Source: Dimorphilus gyrociliatus (taxonomy: Eukaryota > Animalia > Annelida). From it: a stretch of DNA of 64,000 nt. The stretch's first letter is position 1; each line of letters opens with the position of its first letter. Positions 43,899 through 57,025 of the stretch are shown in pieces. The DNA lies in assembly GCA_904063045.1 (NCBI GenBank), contig CAJFCJ010000005.1:697988-761987 (forward strand), in the 5' to 3' direction. The translations under genes and the position numbers were made by a program. The notes under the pieces were generated by a model. That model saw only the letters and a list, made by a program, of their open reading frames with translations. It was not told the origin of the DNA and ran no database searches.

Positions 43899-44960
43899 TT
43901 ATATATAAGTATCTGGTTGGTTTTGATGATTAAACGATTCAAATGATACTTTTTCATGATTATACTGGTTAGACCCGACAACATGACTTGATGGATGATA
44001 TGAAACAGTTGGAATATTAGCTTTTGGCGACATTTGACTATTAAAACCTTCTGCATTGCCGTCTGGTAAATGCCTATTTGGAGGAATGTACGGTCTAAAT
44101 CCCGACTCTCCTTCTTCGTAGCGAAATGCTGGCGTTCTCGGTATATCAGCTGGAGATCTTGGATCAGCTGCTCCTGGTGTTCTAATAAATCCAGGTGATC
44201 TTGGATCAATATTGTCGGTATGTTGCAAGTGTCGGTCGTTCGGCATCCGATACCTCTCATAATGTCGTACACCTGGACTTCTGAGTGGTTCATACTCATT
44301 TCTAGCTGTTGTCAAGTTTGACATATTTGCATAATTATATTGTGAAGTATTGGAACTATGAGAATTGTGTGTATCCGGAAAAATATTATGTCTTGGTGGT
44401 TGTCCCACACCTAGATCTGATAGTTCTAGGTTACGGCTGCTATCTGATTCAGGCGATTGGCCATAAGTCTTTTTATGTACTCCACCCTGATGAGGCCTAT
44501 AATCATTTCTTGTGGAAGTAGCAGGTTGCCGTGGTTTATTGTTTTGTGCACCTCTTGTCGGTAATTGAGAATTTGATTGTCGTTGACCTTCAGGTATCCT
44601 TCTACCTGCAGGGGCAATTAGATCTGCGTTTTTCACAGGTGCATCATTAGCTGGACGAGAGGCCGTAGATGAACTTAAAACCTCATTGTACGACGGCGGA
44701 GCATCCTCCTCAGATTTAGTTTGTGGTTTACTTCTTCTGAAGCTTCTCCTAATAGTGTTGACGTGTTGTACACCCTCTCTTGCAGTTCTTCTAACCGAAG
44801 ACCTAAAAGCTCTCTTGAAAGATCTCTCGCCGGGAGGAGCCTTTTGCATTTCCTCAAGTACTAAACGAGCACAACGAAAACAAGCAACAATCAGTGCAAT
44901 AGCCAGAACAGCAACAACTATTACAATCCCTATAATTTCACTTCCGCCAAGACCAGCCAT
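43899..44960 (-). CDS. Orphan single-pass membrane protein with long disordered cytoplasmic tail
   Basis: Uninterrupted 353-aa ORF, more GC-rich than flanks. N-terminal TM (IIGIVIVVAVLAIALIVAC), juxtamembrane Cys and basic residues, PPSY motif, repeated RSPG/RTP motifs. A plausible acceptor (tttag) sits 14 nt before the ATG and a donor near 45132, so a 5' UTR intron is possible. No family recognised. Confidence 0.7.
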   Translation of the reverse strand: MAGLGGSEIIGIVIVVAVLAIALIVACFRCARLVLEEMQKAPPGERSFKRAFRSSVRRTAREGVQHVNTIRRSFRRSKPQTKSEEDAPPSYNEVLSSSTASRPANDAPVKNADLIAPAGRRIPEGQRQSNSQLPTRGAQNNKPRQPATSTRNDYRPHQGGVHKKTYGQSPESDSSRNLELSDLGVGQPPRHNIFPDTHNSHSSNTSQYNYANMSNLTTARNEYEPLRSPGVRHYERYRMPNDRHLQHTDNIDPRSPGFIRTPGAADPRSPADIPRTPAFRYEEGESGFRPYIPPNRHLPDGNAEGFNSQMSPKANIPTVSYHPSSHVVGSNQYNHEKVSFESFNHQNQPDTYI

Positions 44961-45862
44961 TCCGTCGATTCTTTCTAAAGTAAGTAAAGGGAAATATTAG
45001 AAAAAGCCGGATAAAAATACAGTATTTCAAGTCAAGAAACTTTTCCAACTCCGCAGAGAGGAGCTTGATTTGGAGAGTGAAATAAAAGCTAGTACGCATT
45101 AAATCATTCCCTGAAATTAGGCCTATATTTACCTGTTTAATTGAATTCTTTCTATAAGGTGAACTATGGCAGATTGTTAAATGATGGAAAATGTTAGAAA
45201 ATTTTTTGCTTTCAATCTTAGCTATTAATCATCTTCAATTTTCCTCCAATTAAACAGGATACAAACGAGAAATCGAGAATTTTCCTAGGGATATTATATT
45301 TTTCTTAGGTGCACAAAGCGTTCAGCCTTGACATTGACAGTAGTCAATATGTACTGAAATTTGCCCCACCTGCCGGTTGTATAGTTTAGAAAGGGATGAA
45401 TAAGAGCAAATATATGCTTTTTATGCGTTTATCAATTAATTTGTCTGCTTAGTAGAGAGCAGGGGAAAACATCAGACCTTTCACTCTTAAGACATTTTTA
45501 CTTTAACACTCGCATATTAATAGGGTTTTATGCTATTTTTCTATTTGACGTTTCGCGTTCATCGTCTATATTAGTTTGTCGTCACTCATCCCATTCTCTC
45601 CCCTCCCCCTACTTCTTTCAATCGAGAGAACTAAAACAAGCCCACTAGCGCAATACATTCTCTTATTCTCTCTTACTATGTACATGTACATATACATGTA
45701 TTTACATAGATAAACCATTAGAATTATTAAACAAACGAATAGAAGTATTACTTGCGATTTGCTGGGCAAAGGTGACATCTATCGATTAAAAATATAAATA
45801 TTCAGTCTTCAGTGATGAGACGGTGACAAAACAACAAACTGCAAATCTATACACTTGTAAAT

Positions 45863-47751
45863 ATGTCAGTGCTTACTACAAGTGATTTGTTAAATGTTAC
45901 CAATGAAGAATTGGACTATTGGAAAGTTCCTAAGCCGTTTTCTGTTAAAGGTTCAACATTCGAATTAAATGCCGTTTTCGCATTGTTTATAACTCTAATT
46001 ACCTTATTGGCTACATTTGGAAATATTTTGGTAATATGGCTATTTATTAGGTATAACAAGTTCGCATTTCCTTTATCTTTCTTTCATATAGATAGATTAA
46101 AGACCAAAATTATGATCGTAATTTTTTTCTACTTTCTTATATATATTAGTATATAGTGCATATGATAAAATAGAGAGGCTCTATATTTACGTATATATCT
46201 ATACTTTATAGATATATATATATATAGAAAAAGCTTTTCCCATCATTTAATAGTGTTGTCCAAAAGAAAAATATATTTTAAAACTCTTAACTGAAAAGCT
46301 ATTTTTGTAGATGAAATTTTTTAGAAAAACAACATCTTTACTGCTAACGGCACAGAGTAAGCAAAGCTTTATGTGTATCTCTATTTTGTGTTGAAATATC
46401 CAGTATATTTTCAACTGTAAAGCCTTCTTTCGCTCCTGACTTATTACATCTTCTCTTTGTGAGAGTATAGGTAAAAAACCGCTGCGAGTTTTAAATAAGG
46501 ATTCCTGATATAAAAAAGAAATTGGGGCTTAATGAAAGATATATATACTAATATATATATATATATGTTTGATTGTGAAAATGGCTTAATCTCCTCAATT
46601 TAAGTAGAACGAAAGTTCTATTTTATCAAACAGGATTGTAAAAAAGTAGGAAAAGATTAAGAAAAGATTTAGACTGGGAGATGCGTTTGTTTCCTACTTT
46701 TCATTCTTAAAAATAAATGTGATTGAGTTGGCGTGTGAACAAAACAATTTAAAGTAATCAAAATTATATTTATGCCTATTGACAAATCTAGATTTAAAAG
46801 TCTGAGGACGTACACAAATATTTATGTTTTCAACATGGCAATAAGCGATTTATTAATGGCGACAACAGGATTTCCCTTATTTATTTACTCATCTTTAAAG
46901 GGAACATGGGGTTTGGGTAAATTAGGTATGTAGCAGAAGAAGCGTAAATAGTTTATTATATTGACAAAATAAAATTGTATTGGGAAATTCGAGAAAATGA
47001 GTTTTGCATTTTTCTTTTAGCATGCGAACTATACGGAGCGTCTGGTGCCGCATTTAGCTATGTTAGCATAAATAGCATGAGCTTAATCAGTTTGGAAAAA
47101 TGTCGTTTTATTGCGTCTACGGTGGACGAAAAGCATGCGTCCGTCAGGGGAGCAATAGTAACTAGCCTATTTTGTTGGTTATATTCCCTAACTTGGGCAG
47201 TCCTACCACTAATGGGATGGAGCAGGTACAATCTAGAAGGTTTTGGGACCACCTGCTCTTTTGATTATGCCTCTCGATATACTTCAGATAAATATTTCAT
47301 CATCACAGTCTATATTATGGAATTTGGTTTACCTCTATTAATAATAATTGTATCCTACTCTATCATCTTTCGAATAATTAACAAAAGAAGACCTGCCAGC
47401 GTACAAAGATCAAGAATACTATATACTAAGGGATTGTCTTCAACTTCTTGTTCGGAGTCTGAGTCTTCTGGACAGAGAATGAACATGGAATATAAAGTTC
47501 TCAAAGTGATTTTCATAGTCATATTACTTTTCTGCATAGCTTGGTTACCGTACGCAGTTGTAGGTCTCATCTCGGTATTCAGTCACACAATACATCCAAT
47601 TGGAGCAATGCTGGCTTGTCTGCTGGCAAAGTCTTCTACAGCTTATAATCCAATTGTGTACGCCATTAAACATCCTAGATTTAAGGGAAAAATAGCTGCT
47701 GTTTTGAGAAATGCTGTTGAGAGGGCCAGAGAAACGACTAGAGATTTCTGA
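45863..47751 (+). CDS. Rhabdomeric-type (Gq) opsin
   Basis: Three exons 45863-46050, 46792-46925, 47021-47751 (350 aa). GN in TM1, LRT.TN, NMAISD, C110/Y113 (CELYG), EGFGTTCSFDY (E181 counterion, C187), AWLPYA, retinal-binding Lys in LLAKSS, NPIVY followed by the r-opsin HPRF motif. Confidence 0.9.
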
Positions 47752-48531
47752 TCTGATTTTATGATATATACACGTACTCAATATACAGCGAATCATTATA
47801 ATTAAGAGGATTGTATATAAATTAGTTGTGGATAATTAAGGAAATCACGTTATAAAGCATTGGTGTATGATGATTAAGAGGAATTGTCCTAATTTACAAA
47901 AACAATAAAAAAAATAAAGTTATGTTATATAATCTCCTCCGAAAGGATAGTTACTGTCTCACAAAAGAAGGATATATTCAATCTCTCAGGATTTGAAATT
48001 AGAACAACTTTGTATTCTTTATAAACCTCAAGAAATTTCTCTTGACTCCTGGTTCACTAAAAAGATGTAAATAAACAAGTATTCACGAGATATATACAGA
48101 ATAGTATTATTTTGTATACTATATTTATCAACATTAAATACACCTTACGTATTTTTTTATTACATTTTCATTGATTCTTTTCAAACGAAACACCAATTTT
48201 TTTCAAAGAAAATGAAATATTATTTATTTTAAATAGGTTAAATGTTTAGAGTAGATAGAAAACATTTGAAGAGAAGAGAAAAAGAAGGAAAAAGAAGATA
48301 ATATAATTTAAAAATGCATTTTTTTTATTTCTTCAAGCGATACATTCTTCTTACATTAGGACAGTTGACATACTGTATATACAGGATATATATATATATA
48401 TATATTAGTATTTATATATACTATGTATTGTATATAAGACGGAAAATAATGGCTCCCGCTGATTGTTTTAAGTAGTACGCGAGAAACTCGAACTTAATTA
48501 GATTAACAATCAGGGGTAAACTCTTCGTTTC

Positions 48532-49501
48532 TTATGATTGCCAGAATCGCGCAAATTCATTAAATTCTAAAATTCCATTTTGATCCATATCGAATGCCGA
48601 CATAATACGAGAAACATCATCTTCGGATAGTGCCATATGTCTTAGACCAACTTGGATTTCCTCCTTTGTCACGAAACCATCATGGTTCGTGTCGATTTGG
48701 GCGAATATTTCCTGGGTATATATCCTCCTGAAAAAAGAAAAGAAAACTTTCAAATGATTTAATTAGCGAGGATAAGAGAAAGCCAACTCTTCTTTTATTT
48801 TCGCATAGAAGCGTGTAAATTCACTGTAATTTAGTGAGCCATCTCTATCTTTGTCGCAAGACCTCAATAATTTTCGAATTTTCGCTTTTGAAAATCCAAA
48901 CAACGTTGAGAGAACGGAAAATGCTTCTTCAATACTCACTACGCCGTCATTATTCTTGTCAAAGTCACTCCACGCATCCATTACCTCGGTTTTACTGAAT
49001 TTATGTACAAACGTTTAGTATAGAGTAGACGCTTGTCACGTAAAAGATTAAATTCGTAATTGAATTAAACAAATCGAAAAGTCAAGTCAGAGAGATAGAG
49101 GGAATTGCCTATCTATAATAATATCTGCGCATTGAGACTATATACAAATTCTTTACTAAATTTCACTCTCTTTCCCCTTTTGTCCAATTCCCTATCCCTG
49201 AATTGCCCTTTGTTAATTGTTCATTTAGTTTCTCATCTACGAATGCTACTACTCACTCGAGGATAATTTTTTTCTTTTCTTTTTCCATGCTGTCGATTCT
49301 ACCGACCCATTCTGTAAAAGAATTAAAACGCATATCGTTGAAAATTGCAACATAATCAAATTTTAAAAATACAAAATTGTTTATAGTTCTTGTTGTTGAA
49401 ATAAGTTAATTTATTTTGAATATTTACTCACTAAAAGCAGTTTGATCCGTTGACTTTCTTCTCGGCGAAGGGGTTCTTGCTTCATTATCACTTCCTGTCA
49501 T
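48532..49501 (-). CDS. Calmodulin-like protein with four EF-hands
   Basis: Four phase-compatible exons 49501-49432, 49311-49257, 48994-48788, 48727-48532 (~175 aa). Loops DKNNDGVVSIEE, DKDRDGSLNYSE, DTNHDGFVTKEE and DMDQNGILEFNE are all canonical. The basic N-terminal extension (exons 1-2) is not in the ORF track and is less certain. Confidence 0.85.
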
Positions 49502-51618
49502 TGAACCTGACCTTTTTCTGTAAATATCTGGAACGGTTAAACTCATTTTCAAGGTTTCTCTCTTTTGTTACTTTTCAAGTTTTAATTTGGAATAAAAAGT
49601 GAAAAGAATATAATCGAAGAAAACCAAATTCTGAGCATTCAACGATTTTATATAGAATGAGTGATGCTTTTATTTAAAACTTGTTTAATCGATTGTTTTT
49701 TATTCAACCAATGGCTGCAGCCGTTTGTTTGTCAAACATCTGTTTCAGTTATTTATTTCATACAAAATCAGCTTATCTAAAACAGTGAGAGTAACAAAAG
49801 TATATAAATAGATAAAAGCCATCTTTTAACGAAAAAAAAAGATGCAAGTTGTTTTGGAAAAGAGAGAAAGAGAGAGAGAATTCAGAGTTGGTTTTATCCT
49901 CGAAATATATAAACGATAAATTTATCTTGATCAGTATAATTAGCTATACTAGTCTATGCGTGTGTTGTTGTATTTATTTACCCATGCTATGTGAGAACTG
50001 CGTAGACTATAAGAAGCGCTATATGCACTTGTATAACAGCATGTATAGAAGTTTTCTGAATATTTGTTTATAGAAAGTTAGGTGCGCCATAAATTTTTTC
50101 CCTATTTAAATAGTTTAAATATCAATGAATACTATATTAAATTTTTAGGTAATTTCTTAAAAGGTTGTATACACTTTTATATACAAATGGACAAGGAAAG
50201 GCAAGGCTAGTAAGTAGGTGAATAAATCTTTATTTGCAACTGGTGCCTAGTCAGTAAAATTTTATATTTTTATTTATAAACCAGGATAACTAGATAATAG
50301 TCAACAAACATGTTCATTCCAATGTTTTATCTGAAGCATTATCATATTTAGTAATAATACTTTCACCGTGTAAGCATTATTAGTAATAATATGAACGGGG
50401 TTATTTTTTGTAAAATCAGATTCCTTCCTGTTTAATATTTTAATAGTAATTAGAGAGAGAGCAATACTGTAACGATGAGTTGTCAGATACTGAATAAGAC
50501 TTGTAGGGTTTTATAGGTGTTTATATTTAATTATATTTTACATTAACGAGTAACCTACTGTTAATTTTAATACACTTGTATATAATAGAACATTAGATAA
50601 ACGTTACCTGTGCTTTGTTGTTTAATTACATCTTAAATATACAATATATTCAGTATAGAATATTATATATTTCTCAATAAAATGAAAAGAATGAGTCTTT
50701 GGATTAGGGAAGAATATTATATTTTCGAACAGAATGGAAGATTAAGATTATTGCACGTTTTGTTGTATTTAAATACTAATCATAATAACTATATCAGATA
50801 ATTATAAATGAAAGTCTAAAAATAGATATCCTATCCTTTCCATACTGTGTAAAATAAAAATAAAGCTGCACATCTGTTGACGCAGGTCTTTGCAAATTAA
50901 GATTATTATATTAATAACTAATATTCATTTAACAGCTTTTGTACTAATACCTTACGAATGCATGGTCAAAAAGCATTTCAACATTATATTATCAGGTGTA
51001 ATATAGCGTATTAGTTGTAATGGATCCAAAGTAAGATTATATCTGATTCCATTACAATTTCCTCGCGATTTAAGTAATTAATTTGAAATTTGAATTTTCA
51101 GCGAGCATCGTTTTATTTAATAAAGCATGTACTTTCGTTAATATTTGGTTAATGACAATGATTACTAGTTTATGGAAATCTTTTTCTAAGCTGTCTAGTT
51201 TTCACAAAGATAATGTGAATTAGTTTGAATTTCCCTGTAAGCTGTTTTAGTTACATTTAATTAGCCGCCCTTGTCATATCAAAATGATTGTCTACTTCGT
51301 CAGATGGAGTAAAACTTTCACCTATCGTTAAAAGCGCCATCTCCCGATTGTTTGATACTGTTTTGGAGTGGAGAGATCTTCAAATTAAAGGTAATTTATT
51401 GTGTGTTACTGCATCTATTATCGAAATCAATACTTTTTATGGACGGTATTATTAAATATTTCAATATCTCTATTGATTAAAGAGTTTAATTTATGAATAG
51501 AAAACTGCAAAAACTGCAAATTAAAAAAAAAAGAAAGACAACAAAGGAAAACGAATGTTTTTCCTTTGAATTGAAAATTTTAAAAAGAATAAATAAATAG
51601 ACAAATGTAAAATATAAA

Positions 51619-53844
51619 TTAACTTTTATAAATTTGACAGAAGAATTCGATCAAAAAGTCTTCAACGATACTCTTATCTGGAATTGTACCGACCATACCG
51701 TAGACTCCTGCCGTGCCTTTCTTAGCCAAATCTTTCTTTCCCTAATTAAAAGAGATAATTAATGAATTAATGTATGAAATAATGTATTTTTATTAAACTT
51801 ATTAAAGTTACTTTAGTTGTTTTGATGCAATATTCTATATCTTCAACCAGTTTTTCCTTTACTTGAGCATGATTAGGCATAATTGTACAATGCAAAGACG
51901 GTGGATTTTGTTGTCTTTCTGTTTTCCAGCCTTTCTCTTCTAAAGCATCAGCCAAGCTATAAATGCAAACGCTTGGATCTGTCGAAGTGAAAGCGAAGGC
52001 TGTCATGTGAGGTTTACTCATGATGGTTAATCCTTCAATAGAGTTTATTTTCTCTATTAAATAGCTGGTAGTTTCCATTAATCCCTTTGCCATAGACAAA
52101 TAACCATCTTGACCCATAGCCTTAAGAGCGGCCCACGCAGCAGCTATATTTCCACCTGGTCTCGTTCCCGCCATACTTGGTGAACCAAAAAGACCGCCAG
52201 GCCATTCGGCATAGGCAAACATCTGATATTTCCTTAACTCCGCCGTATTATATAACACAACGCTAGCACCCTTGAAACGTAGAAAAAGAGATACATTACT
52301 ATATATACTATCTAACGCCTGTAAATATACAACTACCTTTGCACCGAATCCGTATTTGTGTACATCGGCAGACATGCTGGTTACTCCTTTAACTCTAAAG
52401 TCGAATGGCGGTATGTTATATCCTAATTTTTCGACCCTATGAATGTGTTACATATAAATTGTCGTATTTATAGTAAAATATCTTATCTCTTACAGTTACA
52501 AATAGCTAAGAAATAGATAAAAATAAGTATGGCTTAAGACTTATAAGAAATTAAGAAGATCGTAAATACGAACCATGGAAGCATAAAACCTCCGAAACAC
52601 GCGTCAACGTGTAGAGGTAGATCGTACTTGTTGGCAAGCTTTGCAATATCTTCTATTGGATCTATAACTCCATGGCAGTATTGGGGTGCCGAACTTAATA
52701 AGGCGATTGTGTTGGCGTTAATAGCCTATGAGGAACGTATAGTAAATTCATAAAAGAAAATATTTGACAACAATACAGTTTTTGTATGTTTTGAAGGAGG
52801 CTTACCTCTTCGTATTTCTCCATGTTCGGTAGGCAATTTTCATCTATGGGAATGTGAACAATTTTAAAGCCAAAGTAGCTGGCGGCCTTTTCGTGGGCTG
52901 GATGAATAGTTATGGGAGCTACCATTTCGGGATTGGTAATGTGTGGAAAGAGTTTTAATGCTCTGTGTCTGTAGGCCTTCATTGCCATTAGAATACTTTC
53001 AGTTCCTCCAGAAGTTAGAGATCCGCAAACTTGATCATCTCCATTCAACATTGACGCAGTCATGGACACAATTTCGTTTTCGAATCGTCTAAAAGAAGAG
53101 AATTATCAATTGTTACCATTTTTCTCACATATTTTTTTTTGTCTTATTTGCATAATCTCTTATCTAAGCTTGTTTTACTCGAAATAAAACAGTCCGAGGA
53201 CTGATTTTTATCATTTGCAATGAAATGAATATATATATATATATGCACTTGTGACATGATCTTATAAAATTTAAGATTACCTGAGACTAGGAAAGACCAT
53301 TGGGTTTAAGGCATTTTCGTGCATGAAAGCGTAATAAAATTCTTTAACTAATTTATCATGGTCTCCATCGTAACCAGTTTTCTCTGTTGTTTTTTTCAAC
53401 ACTTATTATTAGTATTAATACAAAAGAGTTTAGTTTGAGATATACCTGAGAAGAGTTCGTATGCTTCCTTTTGTATGTCGAAATGACCGTTTTCGTTCGT
53501 ATAGACGTAGGCGAACAATTTACCACTTGAAGGATCTTGGTCGTCTGCCTTGATTTTGGTCATTTCCTTAAGTAATTCTTCATGGCTAATACCTGTAATA
53601 AGCGAAAGAAAAAGAAGGAAATTAGCAAAAATTAGACTAGCTGCAGTTGCGTAATATACAACATGGATTTACCTTTTTTCGGAAGAGAAACCTTCGGCTG
53701 TGCTGCACTCTTATCACTTTCCGTATTCTTAATAGTTCCAACAAAATTTTTAACTTCTTTTTTCAGGATGCTTGATAACAAGTTGTTGAACGCAGGAATT
53801 TTTCTAACGGCCTATACAAAATCAGAAATGTGAAATATTATAAA

Positions 53845-53888
<44 letters not shown>

Positions 53889-54042
53889 TCTATATATTTT
53901 ATATATTCTCTTATAGATAACTAACCTGCACAAATATCTTGGCGACTCCTCGAAATCCTTCCTTTCCCCATATTGACAAAACAATGACGAGAAAAAGGGT
54001 AAAAATTAAGTGTTCAAACCAATATAGCCAGAGAATAAGCAT
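51619..54042 (-). CDS. SGPL1: Sphingosine-1-phosphate lyase (PLP-dependent, group II decarboxylase fold)
   Basis: Nine exons from ATG 54042 ([28 protein letters not shown] anchor) to TAA 51619. Motifs [41 protein letters not shown]-lysine [36 protein letters not shown]. Confidence 0.92.
53851..53886. repeat. (TA)n microsatellite in SGPL1 intron 1
   Basis: Perfect TA run. Confidence 0.9.
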
Positions 54043-57025
54043 TTTGAATAGTAAAAAAACAACTGGATCGAATAGTAGAAATCCAAGTTCCTCAACAAAC
54101 AGGCGTAGATGTAGAGAGATAGAGAGAAGAAGAAGAGAAAGAGAGAAGAAGAAGAGAAAGAGAGAAGGAGTGAGAATAGAGAGAGAGAAAAAGAAACAGA
54201 GAGAGAGAGAGAGAGAAATGAAGAATATACGGGAACGAAGTTGTTAGACAGCGAACAAGTAAAGCGGCTTGAGAGAAAAAGCCAGAGTGTGTTGACTGGT
54301 TAAAAATAATATTTTCAAACTATAACAACGACTTCTTCGAACAGCTTTACATATGATTTGTTATCGTAGCTCGTCCAAATTTAAATAGCCGATATCGTCC
54401 AATGATTCGTTCTTCTTATCAAAAAAAAAAAAATTAAAACGATTAAATATTAAATATAGGAATTTCCCAACATTAAAGAATAGCAGAAATATTTGTCCTT
54501 GCCTTATTTTTCTCCCCTCTAATTTATTATGTTATAGTAAGAGAGTCTCCTTTTGAATAATATACTGATTGAATTTTAAACGATTCTGGTGAAAAATAAC
54601 AGTTACACATAAATTATTACAGATAAGGACTAATATATAGAATGAACAGTGTTATGACTAAAGAAATAAATAGGACAATTTACCACTTGGAACTAGTACA
54701 GTTATTGATTAGAAAGTCTATGCTTTATTAATAATTTTGTATAATAAATCCTCCCTCTTACCTCTCTATCTGTTACAATTGATAAGCCGTTATCATTGTA
54801 GAACAGAACGCTAGTTAATCGTTGGATGTATACGCGGAAATTATTGGTTCAAGTAGAACAGTACAGCAGGTCCCGCGGGGAACGTTACAGTTACACTACC
54901 TCTATAACAAAATAGGCCTAAACGACACATTTCAAGCTAAAATAGTCAATTCTATTGTATACTGAAGTAAATATCATTTTTACAAGCAGCTTAAATATAT
55001 GCATAGTATATTGTATTACATGTTTTTCTGGTAATTTTTGGTTCAATAGCCAGCATTGAATAAAGAGAAAAAGACGCCTATCACCAATAATTAAATGTTA
55101 TTTATAGTAAAATAGAAAGAGCGAGAGAGAGAGAAGAAACCAACTAATACGCTAATTTTCATTGAAGTGTTTTGAATCACGTGGGGAGAAAAAAAAAAGA
55201 AAAACTACAATTTACTTTGAATATTATAATTTAAGTGTTTACTTGTAGATAGCGATCGGTATTTTAGTGTTCGTGTCGTGAAAGTGTAACACTATTTAAC
55301 TGCGATAACGATGATTGGGAAACACTACGCATTAAAAAGAAATTTTTCAAGAAAAACTGCCTTTATCTAAATTGTAGTTTCTCTAGTTGGAATCGAAGAG
55401 GATTGTAAATAGGAAGAAGAAAAGACTGTGATAAATATTACTTTCTCATTATATTTTTGTTAATATTATTATTGACCTGTCGATATTCTCCGTTGTTTAA
55501 GTTTATTTCCATTTCACCTTAACTAAAACAGCATTATAGAGGAGGATGAGGAAAATTAGTTAAGAATTACACAAGAAACCTATCTACCTGAATTGACCTT
55601 TGCCCTATTTTGTTTGAAATATCTAATAGTGTTACTATTACGGCCATTATTTTTCTAGACAACTTTTAGTCTGTTTTTTTTTATTGATAGATAAAATAGA
55701 AAAGTTGATCGTTCTATATATACAGTATATATATATATATATATAAAATTCACTTATATATATATATAATTTCAATAACAAGATTATGGCCTATTATTAC
55801 GAATTCCTTCTCCCTCTCTGTTCGCCCTTTTACTCTTATTCAACACTAATTATTCAACTCCCGATGATAAGATACTCTTTATAAGCTAAGTGAAAGTAAT
55901 ACTACAAATACACCATTACAAATCAAAAGTTATCTTGTTTAAGGGAGTATGTTCTGCATTTAAGTTTATTTTTAATACCAAAATTTTCAGTTATAATCTC
56001 AATTACGTAATGATTTCTCTATATATACATTTCTTCGGTTGTATAGAAGACAAACTGTTCCCGTATTTGTGTATACGAAAGATAATAATCAAGACCAGAA
56101 AACCAAAAGAAACATGTAAAAAAAGAAACATAAAAAGACTAGATAAACACATTGTTCATAAATTTATTTACCTCTCTTCTCTCTGCCTCTGTGTCTGTCT
56201 GACTGTCTGTTTATCTGTCTGTCTGTCTGTCTCTCTCTCTCCCTTGTCAATATATTTATAGTACGACGTTTGTAATAAACTAGTCTAATATTTGTAATTT
56301 TTTTACTCTTTTGAATGAATAATTAATAAGAAAATAATAAAAATAGAGTGTAATGTTGTTGAAGGTTTTCAATATATTAATATAGTATATAATGCATTTA
56401 TTTCATATTTAGTGTATTGTATATAGTTTTAACGAATCCTGTTGGATTGTATTTAAACCAGACTTTCAACCACTTATCAAAACAATCTTATCTTAAGAGA
56501 AAATAGTCTGTAATCTTGAAATATATACTATTTCATCATTAATCAGACTAGTAATTAATTAACGTGCAAAGACTGTCATTAAATAGGGTTTTTTATTAAA
56601 TTAACATTGTTAATTTTATATGATTTATATATTCGTTCTCTTTATTATTTAAATTTATGAAATATAATACAATTATTAAGATTAAGGCCTAATTTTTAGT
56701 AATATTATTTATATATACCATTATTGATTTCGACCAATTATTTTGCTTGTGAAAGGAATATCCAAAGAGAACAAGAGGCACAGACTGATCGGCCATAAAT
56801 GAGGGAGAAATAGGGAGAATACGAGTGTTTTCTTACGATACAGATAGATTCAAGCAAATTAATAGATAACTTACACGCTGAAGAGAGAGACTAGAAAGAG
56901 ACTACTGAAGTCTAGGAATTTCATTGGTGTATTGAAGAGAAAGCGCCTATAGGACGAGTACGTTTGTACATTAATAGAGATATATCGTTCTTTGAATTCA
57001 AAATATCTTATTGATAGAAGAAGAA

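Noticed and set aside
45138-45148. TAATTGAATTC, matching the Drosophila rhodopsin RCSI/P3 consensus ~720 bp upstream of the opsin
   Set aside because: Such matches are expected by chance in AT-rich DNA, and it overlaps a likely splice donor of the orphan gene.
53939-54247. 102-aa plus-strand ORF rich in R/E/K
   Set aside because: Generated by a GA-rich microsatellite and the antisense of SGPL1 exon 1.
54862-54890. TA-CAGCAGGTCC, resembling a Tigger/MER6-type terminal inverted repeat
   Set aside because: No matching opposite terminus or transposase remnant found.
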